Assembly (NCBI RefSeq): GCF_963853765.1
Contig: NC_088857.1
Span: forward strand, 55,366,001 to 55,430,000
Source: Magallana gigas
Taxonomy: Eukaryota
Direction: 5' to 3'
Length of the DNA: 64,000 nucleotides
The translations under genes were made by a program, and so were the position numbers. Positions 50,850 to 63,480 of this stretch are shown piece by piece. A model generated the notes under the pieces. That model was not told the DNA's origin. It did not search any database and saw only the letters and a list, made by a program, of their open reading frames with translations. Every line of letters begins with the position of its first letter. Positions within the stretch are counted from its first letter, which is position 1.

Positions 50850-53800
50850 AGTGGAATCATTATACCTGAAGTATTCTGTGATTGCGTCTCCACTTCTTTG
50901 TCACTCCATACCACATCGTATTTTATACATTAATAAATCTTGGTTTTGTATTTGTTCAAATTCTTTGTTTTAATGAGTTTCATGCTAATAATTGTTGATC
51001 GGATTTTTTGTTGAGCAAAATGAATTGAGATAGATTCACGTACCGTACCAGTATGGTACAGTAGCCCTGTAGTAAAGTGCAACAAAGCGCTGTTAACGTG
51101 TACGTTAATCATTTCTATTCGGTCATCCAATAGCTGCCTAAGATAAATATAATATGTACAATAACCATTGACTTCATTCGCTCTACTGCTTAACCTGAGG
51201 AGGCGGTGTGTCGTTATTTTGCACGAGGACCGTCTTGAGAGAATTTCAGATTACCCAGGGACCACATATTAACTTCACCCAATAAAAGTAATTCAGAGTA
51301 AACGAACTTGAGAGTTATCGCTGATCATATGAGCATGATATTTAATATGAATGTAAAATATGACAAAAATAGCAGTAGCTGTAATGTTGTGATGAGCAAA
51401 TCAAAACACACAGAATAATATACGATATTTTCATATAAGTTTATGTCACGTCCTTTTGTATAGAACCTTTTTAACCAGGCCGTGGACTGTCAATCTTAGC
51501 TCAACGCCAGACAAATCTTGTTGATTTCAAAGGGCCATGGCTGAGTGACTGACAATGAAATAGACAGGCCTATGTCACATTGCCGTTTGACACAGCTAGA
51601 GCTACTGTTTTAAAGTAGAAAAAAGGAGTAAGGGGACATGGCATTCTGGTTTTTTAATGCTGATGCAGAAAGAGGCTATAATTTTGAGATCCTTCCAAAC
51701 GATGCACAGACAACATGAACAAGCGTCGCACAAAAAGTGCATGCGAGAAGCACGTAAACAAATAAAATATGTGAATATTCTTTCAAATTACAAACGCGTA
51801 ATTATTTGCAGAAACGTTAATAAAAAGACATGTAAAATCAAAAGTCACGCACTAAAACAACACAAGATACTTTACAAAGCAACATAATGTCAAACGACGA
51901 GGTAAAGTTTTTTCCTTAATCGACAAATGTTTGGATAGTGTACGTGTGTGAAGGAGGAAAAATCAAAGTCAAATAAGCGACATTAGTTTTATTTCAAATT
52001 CTTTCTGTATACAATTTTAATTAAAATTTCCAACTGATAATTTGCTTAATATCTTTATATTTTTGCTGATTTAGAAGTTTTCAGCTAATTATCTTCATAT
52101 GATCTTTCCACAGTTTAAGTCATTAATTGAGATGATTTATATTGAGCACACTTTTTAAAAATTTACATATCATATATTAACCGTATTAGTTAATCTACCT
52201 ATTGACATATCATGTTTATGCTTCCATTTCGTTGGATTTTCTTTTTGGAAAGTATTCAAATAAAGTCCTTCACGTGAAACAGAAGTTAATTGGTCCCATG
52301 ATGGATACCTTTTTTTAGTGACTGATTGTTTGAACGTTGTGAAAACAATTTATACTTCTTCTTGCATTTGATAATTTACAATAGATAATGAAATGAAAAA
52401 ATTTGGGGAAAATAAATAACAAACGGAATTTAAAAACAATTTTTAATTTGCGAAAAAAAAATTTCATTGAAATGTATCGGATACTTTTTGTTCCTGGATC
52501 CTGTCAGAAATGACCGTCTTTTCACACAAATGCATGAATATGTATGTCTCTTTTGCGCAACTGTACAAGTCATGATGCTTCTATTAAACTCCTATTTCAT
52601 AAATGTTAACAGTTTTGTACATACTACGCACACTAACTACGGTTAATTGAAATGTTCTTCATTAAGCAGCTTATTTAAAGGGCATGGTTACGGTTGTGGT
52701 CAAAATTTATTTTTCTATTTTTATTATTTACAATGCCTTATCTATGGATATCTAATGATCAACCAAATTTTGAGTATCAGTCGAAGATTTATATGCAAAA
52801 ATACAGAGCTCACAATTCTTTGCTATGTAAACAAGGCGCGTGCAACGTTTATGTTTTTATTGGGTCAATTTACCAGTAAAAGTTCTTATTCAAGCTGATT
52901 TTTCTATCTGCTCATTTGTTTTGAACAAAAAAGAAAATCTCAGCTTTTGTCACATTCAGTTTAGATCTAAACCTGAAGTTTTCAAAATGTAAACAAAAAC
53001 ATGGCCTGAGCTTTGTATATATATATATATAAAACCCAACTACTGACACTCAAATTTTGGTTGACCATTAGAAATAGGCCCCTAACTTGGATTTCAACTT
53101 GTCTATAGATGCAAGACAATAGCTGTAGGCATATTTAGTGAGTAACAAATGTTAAAATTATTCCAAATATCGTATTCATGTGAAATACAACATGCTACAT
53201 TGTAGATGATACTTATTTATGTTGATATTTCGATTGTCATTTTCTGCAGTAGATATATGCCTCCATAGATTATGATTTATTAGATGATGTGTGGTAAACA
53301 ATATTCAAATTTAGTTAGGAACGATTGTTCACCATATATCATACAAACGCCTTAAAAGTAGATTTATAACAGCGGCGTGAAATTTCAATCAAATGTGTTT
53401 TCTACTATACAATTTAATTTATTAAGGAATTTTTAATGGATCTGGAACCCCCTCCCCTGTTCCAAACGGGATTTCCATACAGAGCTTTGAAAATACTGTT
53501 ATTTGGGATTTCATGTTCTTGAAGTATCGTCACAAACTAAATTAATGCATTTATTTCCTTTGGACTTGAATTCAAAAATACTGGGTCATAACTAGCATTT
53601 TTTAAATTTCGTTTGCGAATGTTAATATTTGAAAATCATATATAGCAGAAAGGGTTAAAATTTATCAAAACCATGTACACGTTTTGTATCTTATTGTGGC
53701 ATATTATGTCATTCCTCCTTTACAAAAATGTAGATTCTCAATAATCTTAATTTGTGTGAAGGGCTTACTAAAGACGTAACGACACTTATATCATATCCAT

Positions 53801-56238
53801 GCTTTACAATTATATAATGTTGATTAAACTGCAATAAATATATACTTTAATAAAAAAATAATAATAAACAAACAATAAATTAATAAACAAAGCAGTTAGG
53901 ACAGTCGGACCATTTACAGATATACTGTTGATAATTTGGAGCAATACATGAAAATAAAAAAATAACATTGATTTGAAACCTTTGCAGAAAAAAAATGATA
54001 TACACCAAATTGCATGCATGCTCGACTAGCTCTTGATACGCCCATCTGGATTCGCGCGACATCAATAAAACAAAGTACATTTGAAATCAAACCTAACCAT
54101 ACACTAATCAATCACAAATGAATAGCATCTGTAATCACTAAATTAACAGAGATGATCTAAAATTTGAATTCCCCTCCTATCAAAATAAAATTTTCCAAGA
54201 ATATAGTACTGCTGCATTCATTAAACTGTTTGGAAAATCCCATTAAAAATTTTTTAGATAAAATTTTCAATACTTCAGTAAGATGACGCGTTGCGATGTA
54301 GTATATATATATATATATATCAGATAAGATAACAAAATATTTAAAAACATTTTTATTCAGGTAAGCGAATTATTGCATTATTTATTTGAAGTAATTTTTT
54401 AGAAACTTCGCCAACTATGTACAGTTTGTAAAAATTTTACTACCGTTAGCTCCAACGAGTGATCCCTATCTTTCAAATATCTCAATACCTTAATGTCTTA
54501 AATACATCACTGAATTTTTTTTAATGCGAATTTGTATAATTTTAATTTTTTTTTGGTGGGGGGAGGGGGGGGGATGAAATTCTAAACAAACCAATGTTTG
54601 TTTAATTACCTAAATCAAGCACTTTTTGAAAGTCCCCATTCAATCTTTTCATATTGTTTAGATATCCGGTAAGATTTTCCCGTTTAAACTGTGATATAAA
54701 TTCGTTATTCAATGTTAAAAAAAAAAAGTCAAACAACTCTACGGCACGTCGCAATGCTCCGCTAAAATAAAATAAAAGCTAAATCGTTAATATTAAATGC
54801 TTTTACACAGAATGGGAGTAAATGACAGAAACTGTTAACGATATCAAACCTTAAAATATTGAGAGAAAAAAAAACAAGAAAAAAAAAAAAACTAAGCAAT
54901 TTTAATTATGAATATCAAGGAGCAGGTCTGTTGCAAGCCCAATTAACATATTTTAGTATCTCTGCAAACATATAAGAGAATATCCTTTAACTATTTTCAG
55001 CGTAACCAGTCATAGTATATTCACCTTGGCTCTATTCTGGTTTGTGAATAGTCAAAATACCAAACACATTTTCGTTTTAGATTTTCATTACAATTGTCGT
55101 GTAGCTGAGACTTTACTTTTTGCCAGAACAGAGACGTAAATATCTTTTAAATTTGGATTTTTTGAGAATAAAAATGCCCTAGCTTAGACAAGGCAATGTA
55201 ATTTAAATCAAGTTTTAACTTAATGTCACAAGTTCCATGATCAATCTCAATTTGGAAGCATTCACTGGTAAATAAAGATAAAAGAAAACAATATAACAAA
55301 ACAACAACTACAAACTTAAGAAGAAGAAAAAAAAATCCATATTCAGCATAAATTGTTATGGTAGACCACGTATAGCACATTTCATATCTTACATGTATAT
55401 CTATATCATAGATTGTGTTCTTAATTGATAAGAATTTAGAATAATTTTGAATGGTTTATCACATGAAAAAAAATATTTGTTATTGAAATTGTTTCTTCTT
55501 TTTTAAAACTAAAAACCAATTTATCGTCTCATGGTGTGAACCCTAAAGTTAATAGAAAAAGTATGCTTTTAAATTAATCTTTTAAGTGTAAGTTTTTTCT
55601 TAGAAATATTTTACCCTAATTTTCATAAAAGGTAGATATCTCTTTTCAAGTGCAAAGAAAAAAATTACTTAATGAATACATGCAGTCTCGTGAATTCGGC
55701 TTGATTTGTCACTCTCATAGTTTCTCATAGTCATAATTTAGATCAATATAAATTGTTTAATTTATCTGATTTATCAAGAACTACCTTAAGAAGAAATAAA
55801 AACACATAGAGAGAACCCCTCTCTTGATTACAGACAAATCAAATCAAATAAATTGTTACTTCCGTTCATTATCAAATGCTGGACGAAGAGTTTAATAAAG
55901 GATATAGGAAATCTGAGAAAATTTTATGAAGGGAAAATAAAATCACGGTTTTGATTTACAATGGGTTTGCACTGTTCAGGTCTTACACATTGTGAACGTA
56001 ACATTGCAAAATAAAAAAGTTGATTTAGAGATGAGTTCTGGAATCCTTCTCCTCTTTTTTATTGCCTAAGATCGACTGATCAAAAAGTTTGAAGTCCATG
56101 TAGCAGAAGGGGACGACTGTTTTTATAAATACACTCACCATCTTTATTCCGATAAGTTCTCCAAAATCCTCTCAAAGTAACTTAAATAATTTTTACAAGA
56201 CATTCCTCAACTTGAACAACTACTCAAAACTTTATTAA

Positions 56239-56573
56239 GGTGACTCACTACACCTTGAAATAGTGTTTTAAATCAGCAGAAAATACTTGATTATGATGGA
56301 AAGCATAAATGGTTAAGAAGTATGCAAGTCAAATAGGCGGAAAAATGTGCAAGTTTGGATGAAAAGTTATATTTTCAAACATTTAATTCAGTTAATGTAA
56401 ACAAAAGCCCCAAGTGGATTCGAAATGCAGTTCACAAGCCCGGTACTTGAACCACTGAGCTATGACGATGTTCCTACCAAATTGATTGATACAAACAATT
56501 TAACAAAACATTGTAAGCACCAACTTGTGACGTAGTGTCTTAACAAGTTTGAATCTAGGTGCAGTGAAGTACC
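56239..56573. mobile_element. TTAA-flanked MITE (family K3) with a tRNA-like core
   Basis: TTAA|GGTGACTCACTACACC ... GGTGCAGTGAAGTACC|TTAA (imperfect TIR); ends about 72 bp before the peroxidase-2 acceptor at 56645. Confidence 0.65.
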
Positions 56574-56647
56574 TTAATTTACAATACATACATGTGTAAT
56601 AATGAAGATACATAGTAAACCGAATTAAGTTAAAGTTTTTTTCAGAT

Positions 56648-59600
56648 ATGTATAAGAGACCGATAATTTCCGTGTTGATATTCGCTGCCTCCATTTTGGG
56701 ACTGCATGCGCAAGGCCAGACCTTAGAATCAGTGGTCCGGGATGCGGTAACCTCGGCGTTTAGCAGGGGCAGGGAAAATAGAATGCCACCGGGAGAAGGT
56801 TCTCGTCGTAACTTTGCTGCTTTTCCAATGGGTGAGTAAAGAAATGAATGTCTTAATTCATACACAGTCTACTTATAGAACTCAAATCTGGTACATACAT
56901 ATAAATGCAAATTATATTTTTTCGTTCAATCTAATTTATCCATACTGTCATTAGTATGATACTTTATTTCACAGTTATTGATTTTAGCTAGTGATTGTAA
57001 GGAGATCGTATCGTGAATTTTTTTTAAATTTAGATGGTGCACGTGGAATAGTCTCACCGCCCTCTGAAAGACCAAGGGGATCAAATGCTGTTAACGCCTT
57101 GAACCGGTTTTCTCAGAACAATGATCCGGAAATGAACCAACGTTTAGAAACCAATGCAAGAGCGGGGGCAGTGGCCACCATGGAAATTGCGTCAAGGTTA
57201 GTTTTAAAGGGGCAATTGTCACGATTTTGGTCAAATTCTATTTTCATGGTTTCATTATTTACAATTTATTATTTAAAACATCTAATTTTTAATGTTGACC
57301 ATCAATCCTCCTTAGCCGCGTGTTTCGTGTTTTAGGTCACCTGATTAACTGAGCTGACCTATTGTTATCTGTTCTCGTGCGTCGTCGTGCGTCGTGCATT
57401 ATTTTTAGTGTGAAGTATCTCTATTGTAAGAAGATTGTAAATTGTGAAGTTCATGGCTCTACCACTCCCGGGGCACATGGGGCACCACGACTGATGGGGG
57501 AATATATTTGTCTTATTATTTTATTCTGCTTAGTAATTTCAATGAAAGAGTTTAGTAAATTCACATATTTATCAAAGAGAAAGAATGAAGCTGTCTATCA
57601 AAGTTAAGATATTGTGAAACCATTTGCAAAGAGTTCAGGGGGAGTTAATGGAGTCATCTCCCCTTGCTTCTTTATAATGGAGCTATATTCCTTTGCTTGT
57701 TCATATTAAGTAATTAATCATTGAATATAATGTAATTAAGAAGTATGATCAAAAGAGTAATGCAAGTATTTTGAACATTTGAAACAAAAACACTTTTTGA
57801 TGTTTTTAGATAAACAAATACAGTAGATTTGTTAATAGTAAAGTAATTATTGGCTATACAAAATCACCAATAACCAGTAGATGTAAAATGATTTTTGTAT
57901 AAATGCCAGGTAGTGTATTGCTGGAACAGGATAAGTGAGTAACACTAAATAACTTTTTATACTTTTTTTGTTTAAATGCCCACAGGTAGAGTTTCTGTGT
58001 GCCCCTGGGGATGGGGGATGGGAGGTTGTTTTAAACAAAACATCTATAGTAGCCACCTTGTTTTAGTTTTTCTATGAAAACATACACACATAAAACCTAT
58101 CTTGAAAATTGACAGATATGGGAAAATTATTTTCTATCAGAGTCTTGCACCTTTTCAATTAAAGGACATGCACTCTTTTATGATTTAAAATATTATAGGT
58201 TTCATAGTCTTTTTTGAAAGATTTCAGGCAGGGAGGTGGTCACCATTACAATATTATAATTTTTCAACTACATAATAAAACTAAATAATTAAATGCATAT
58301 ACGTGACTCCTCGACAAGTTTGTGTATGGGCTATGGTACTCAGGTGACCGTGAATGCCTAATGGCTTCTTTGGGGGGTTTTTGTGGTTGAAAAGGTGTAT
58401 CCTTTGTAGTTTTTCTATGAGCATGCAATAGATGTTTTTATATGGGAAGCTATCGATTGTAAATTATTTGTGATAGCATCTTTTTAAGAATAACATTAAA
58501 TAATACCACTATACCGTTCTGAAGCGAATATAATTAGAGGTTAATTGACTTACATAGCGTATTGTTTTTGTTATCTCCCTACAAATATGTTCTCTTTGAC
58601 AATGACAATGAACTTTATTCTCATAACTGAATTTACAGTGTAGAGAAAATACATATGTACAGTATGTACAAACTACAATATATATAATAAATGAAAATCA
58701 ATGGTACAGGCATGATGAAGGGATAACAGATATAATTTAACCAAGAGAGCTAACTCTCTCAAATATAGTATCTAATAGTTTACAAATATTGGTAAGTTGG
58801 TTTATGTTTATGACATTAAAAAGTTTTCAAATTTTACAACATTTGGATTTGTTATGAAATATTTTGGTCAACATCTAACCCTTGAATTGGATATATATAC
58901 ATCAGTACATTTGAAAAGGTAGTGAAATTCCTCCCCAATTTCATTGCAGGTACATAGTTTACAAATTCTGTTTTCTCTAGGAATATTAAACCATCTACCT
59001 ATCTCAATAGGTAATTTAGCATTACCAGTTCTAAAGTTACAATATTTCTTACATAATTGTGTTGGCAAAGTCAATAAATACTTTTCAAAATCCAGTGACT
59101 TTTTAAAAATCCTATGATTTAAACCTTTTGGAGAATTATGTACCTCACTATACCATGATTGCTTAAATTGGTCTAATAAAATATTGTATACTTTAGATTT
59201 TAACCGGGGTATGTTTATTGTGTTTTGATACCATATATAAGTCAATCCACATTGATTTAAAGTTTTCTTAATGGCTTCGCACCATGGGTTATTAAAATTC
59301 ATCAATACATTAAAAAGTTTTGCTGACAATTTTGAGTTCTGGAAATTGACTAATTTACCCCAGAAGGAAATCATTCTAACTTTAACATTAATTGTTAAGG
59401 GGTATCTTCCAAGTTCCCCATATACCATAAAGTTTGGAGTTGAGGTTCTCAAGTTCAATATATGTTTACAAAATTTTTAATGTAATTTTTCAAGGAGATA
59501 AATGTTATGAAAACCCCAAACTTCGCATCCATATAATAATATTGGTTTGATAATTTTATCGAACATATCTACTTTACAATCAATTGTTAGATTATGGGTT

Positions 59601-61340
59601 CTGCACTTCCCAATAACACCATACATTGCTTTAGTAGCTTTATCAAACAGTTCTTTAACATTAAGATTAAAAGAGTTGCTTTTAAAAAAAGTAACACCCA
59701 GGTATTTAAAGTTGTTAACAATTTCTAATTGGGAACCTTCAAAAGTAAAACAGTTGGTTTGTTTACCTCTACCAAATATTACAACTTTAGTTTTTTTACT
59801 GTTAACCTTAAGACGCCACTCTTTACAATATCTAGAAAAAACATTGAGTAAGTGTTGAAAATCTTCTGGATTTTCTGACAATAAGATGGTATCATCTGCA
59901 TACAATAAGACAAAAAGGTTTAAATAAAGATTAAGATCTTTCTTAATGTTATCAGACAAGTGTGACAAACCTCTGACATTGTTTGTATAAAAGATACTCC
60001 TCAAGATCATTTAAATATAGTGAAAATAAAAAAGGCGATAAATTTTCCCCTTGTCGAACTCCAACTGTACATTCAAAAAATTCCGAACTTAATCCATTAA
60101 CCAGAACTTTTGACTTAATACCTTTGTACATATTAGTAATAATTTTAAAACATTTTCCATCAATATTGTTTGATAATACCTTGTTCCATAAACCAATGTG
60201 CCAAACAGAGTCAAATGCTTTCTCAAAATCTATAAACGCACAGTATAATTTCATCTTATGCAATTTGAAGAGTTCGATAAGAGAATACAATGAAAAAATA
60301 TGATCTATTGTACTATGACCTCTACGAAAACCTGCCTGGTTCTCTAAAATGAGTTGAACATTGTCAGCTTATTTGTTTAACCTTTCATTAATGATAGCAG
60401 TGAATAATTTTCCAAGACAGCTCAGAAGTGTAATTGGTCTATAATTTTGGGGTTCTGTACTATCCCCTTTATTCTTATAAACAGGTATAATGTTACCACT
60501 AACCCACTGTGTGGGTATAACACCAGAATCAAATATTTTGTTAAACAATACAGTATATAAATTCAACATACAATCTTGGGTACTTTTGATATATTCATTA
60601 AAAATTCTATCATCACCACAAGCTTTGTTATTTTTCAACATATTGATACCCATAAATATTTCTTCACAAGTTATTGGTTGGTTAATGTCATTATTAAGAT
60701 TAATATCAGATAACATATTAAGTTCATCAAGAGAAAATACATTGTTATTTGACTCTTCTTGTTCATTATAGTTCTTGTTACAACAATCCTGATAAAAAGT
60801 AAAAAGATCATATAAATTTGCATTACATCTTTTCTTATCTGTGTTTGTCTTGTACTTCTAGATCTATAGCTTGTGAATGATAAATACCATAAAGCAGTGG
60901 TAGACATAGGCCTCAACTGTCCAATTGATAAAACCATAAAAACGTTTCTGAAAGAGTAACAGTGTTTTCTATGTCACACAAAATTATCTTTGTATGAAAC
61001 TTTCATTTTACAAAAATGTTTGTGTTATTAAAAAAAAGCAAAACAGTTGATATTCTGCTTCAATGACAGTCTTTTAATAATTGCAGACTTCAAGGGATTC
61101 GAAACATTAGACAGGAAGTCCCCAGGAGTGAACTTGGACGGATTCAGTTAGTGACGACTAATCCAAGGACCAGAAGGACCTTCAAAGAGACCGCAGAACC
61201 ATTTTGTTTGCATCCTCCGAGATGTAATCCTGTGTATCCCTACAGAACGGCGGACGGTTCCTGCAACAATCTGTACAATACTCTTCTCGGCAAATCCTTT
61301 ACTCCCCAGTCCAGGATCCTCCCGAATGCCTACGATGACA
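56648..61340 (+). CDS. Second heme peroxidase paralog, 5' part only (coding exons 1-3; continues beyond the window)
   Basis: Exons 56648-56831, 57034-57196, 61087-61340 with the same phases (1,2,1) as the first peroxidase. Signal peptide MYKRPIISVLIFAASILGLHAQG; shared NALNRFSQNN.PEMN and YRTADGSCNNL.N..LGK.FTPQSRILPNAYD. No exon 4 is seen before 64000, so intactness cannot be judged. Confidence 0.85.
58597..60940 (-). mobile_element. 5'-truncated, frameshifted non-LTR retrotransposon (LINE) in peroxidase-2 intron 2
   Basis: Minus-strand ORF pieces 60716-60369, 60290-59952, 60010-59477 and 59458-58868 give YRPITLLSCLGKLFT, FIDFEKAFD, GVRQGENLSP, LLYADD, KYLG, and a C-terminal ICKLC...EFHYLFKC zinc motif. 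At least two frameshifts. The 3' end has AATAAA followed by a short CATTGT repeat tail. Clade (RTE-X or L2/CR1 group) and the 5' boundary are uncertain. Confidence 0.9.
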
Positions 61341-61927
61341 GTAAGTTTTAAGACTATGTTAAGCGCAAGCTCAAATTGGTACTTGCTGGTCTATGACTCC
61401 CTATCTAAATGTCTTGTTAAGTCGAATCTTATTCCACTGTGCTTAAGATTAAGCGTCTATTTTAGGTAATTCATTTGAACTTGATGTGTCAAAATCATTG
61501 GTATGAGCATTAATCGAAAAGTTAGTTGCATTTCCCAAACAATATTTGAAGAACCGTATCTGGAGCATTTTCGTATTAATAGATTGGAACAAAAAAACTT
61601 ATATAAGGTTTCATTTCTAATTTCATTTGTTGTTAGTTCATAAATAGCAGGTTAAGGTGGATATGCGGCCTACTTGTACATTTGAGAATAAAAATGTAAA
61701 CAGTTCTTGAACTAGATCGTTTCTGCATAAACCTGACCAAAGCTGTTGTCTACAGATATAAAAAAAAAAAAGCAATAAATATGAGGTTCTATATGTTGTT
61801 TTGTATGCATATTATACATTTAAGAACAGAACAACGCTTATTCAATTACTAAGGACAGCTGTAGAACTGCGCAGCTGCAGACTTTTTTTGAAAATTTAAA
61901 AATTAGAAAATGTAACAGAGAGGTTAA

Positions 61928-63129
61928 GGTGGCTCTATACACCCACAGTTTATTCCAATTTTCAATAGAAGACCACAAAACATATGCTTATCAAATATTA
62001 AAATGACGATAGGGATACTATAGGTATTTTTAAAGAATTTTTTAATGTTTTTTCGTGTTTTTGTAAAATATTTTTTAAAAAGACAGCTATCAACAAATTG
62101 AGAGAAATTATTTTGTCATATGATGGATATTTCCTTCGGACACATAAAAAAAAATATAACACTTCTTAACATTCAAAGATGTTATTATTGCAATTTTTTT
62201 TAGTATTTCCCCAAAACATATTTTTTCATATTTTCTTACTCTGTTGACAAATCATCTGAAAAAGTTGCTTGATGTTATAAGAAAATGTATTTTAATAAAT
62301 GTGACATAAAAAAATTGAATGAAAACCATTGCAAATAAACACAAAAAATATCTTAAATTTTATTTGGTATGAAAGTTCCTCATGTAAGGGTTATCGTTCC
62401 TAAGTCCCAAGGCCTAAACACCTTGGGGACTTTTCATTTCTGAGTTGAAGAAAATTTCCTAAATATAATGTTGGAATGATAAATACATACATATTTCATT
62501 ATAGACTTTGCCCTGTATAAGTGAATATATTCGCTTTAATGCAAAACTTAAGTCAAATAAATAAAGGAGAACATTGACTAGGCTAATAGGATTTATATGT
62601 ATCCCAACCTGAGAGAAATTCAAAGCAACCCTCTCATCTCCGTTAGGTGTCGATATTAATGTGCATTAAAGTATATTATAATTGAATTATTTTCACCTGT
62701 TTAGAATTTTCTTTCACGGTATTCAACCAAAAAATACGTTTTAGAAATTTTTGGAAAGTTAAAAAATTTATTGTTCTCAACGGGAATCGAACTCATGACC
62801 TACTGGTTTGTAGTGAACCCACTAACCCACTGCGCTACGGTGTAACATATCGAAGATGCTAAAGAAACTCTTTAAAAATTTATACTTGATTTTATTGTTT
62901 ATTTCGATAAATAATACCACACAACGTGAAGGTGTCACATACCACATTGATTACTTGTATGTAATGAATTTTCCAATTATCAAATTAAATCTATCCATTT
63001 AACAAATTTTTCAAAATAGCGGTTCCCATACAAGTCACCTCAGTTTAAATCAGCCAGTACCGGAAATGCATGTTTCCAGATTTACTTTTTTGCGTACTGC
63101 GTCATCAAAAAGTGGTGTATAGAGCCACC
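61928..63129. mobile_element. TTAA-flanked TIR element (1.2 kb) containing a K2 copy
   Basis: TTAA|GGTGGCTCTATACACC ... GGTGTATAGAGCCACC|TTAA; perfect 16-bp TIR. Confidence 0.85.
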
Positions 63130-63480
63130 TTAAATGTATATGTGGCGTATTTTTTCATGCTAAGAATAGATCTTCACAATAAATAACGCAGTTTATATCA
63201 ATTGGGTTAAAAAAATATAGAAATTAATAGATAATTTTTATGATTATTGTCCACAATAAATACAACATTAAAAGTTTTTGAATAAACCTCGCCTTAAATC
63301 GGTCACGTGATACCACGCTTAGTCTATCACAACAACAATGGCGACGACAAAAAGGATAGATATATCGTTAAATTTGACATATTTGGCAAAGAAAAAAAAG
63401 AGACAGACTGACAAGGATGGGAACAAAGGGAAGATTGTCATCAGAGACCATGTAGATTTATGGAAAAGGAATTAAAGCCG

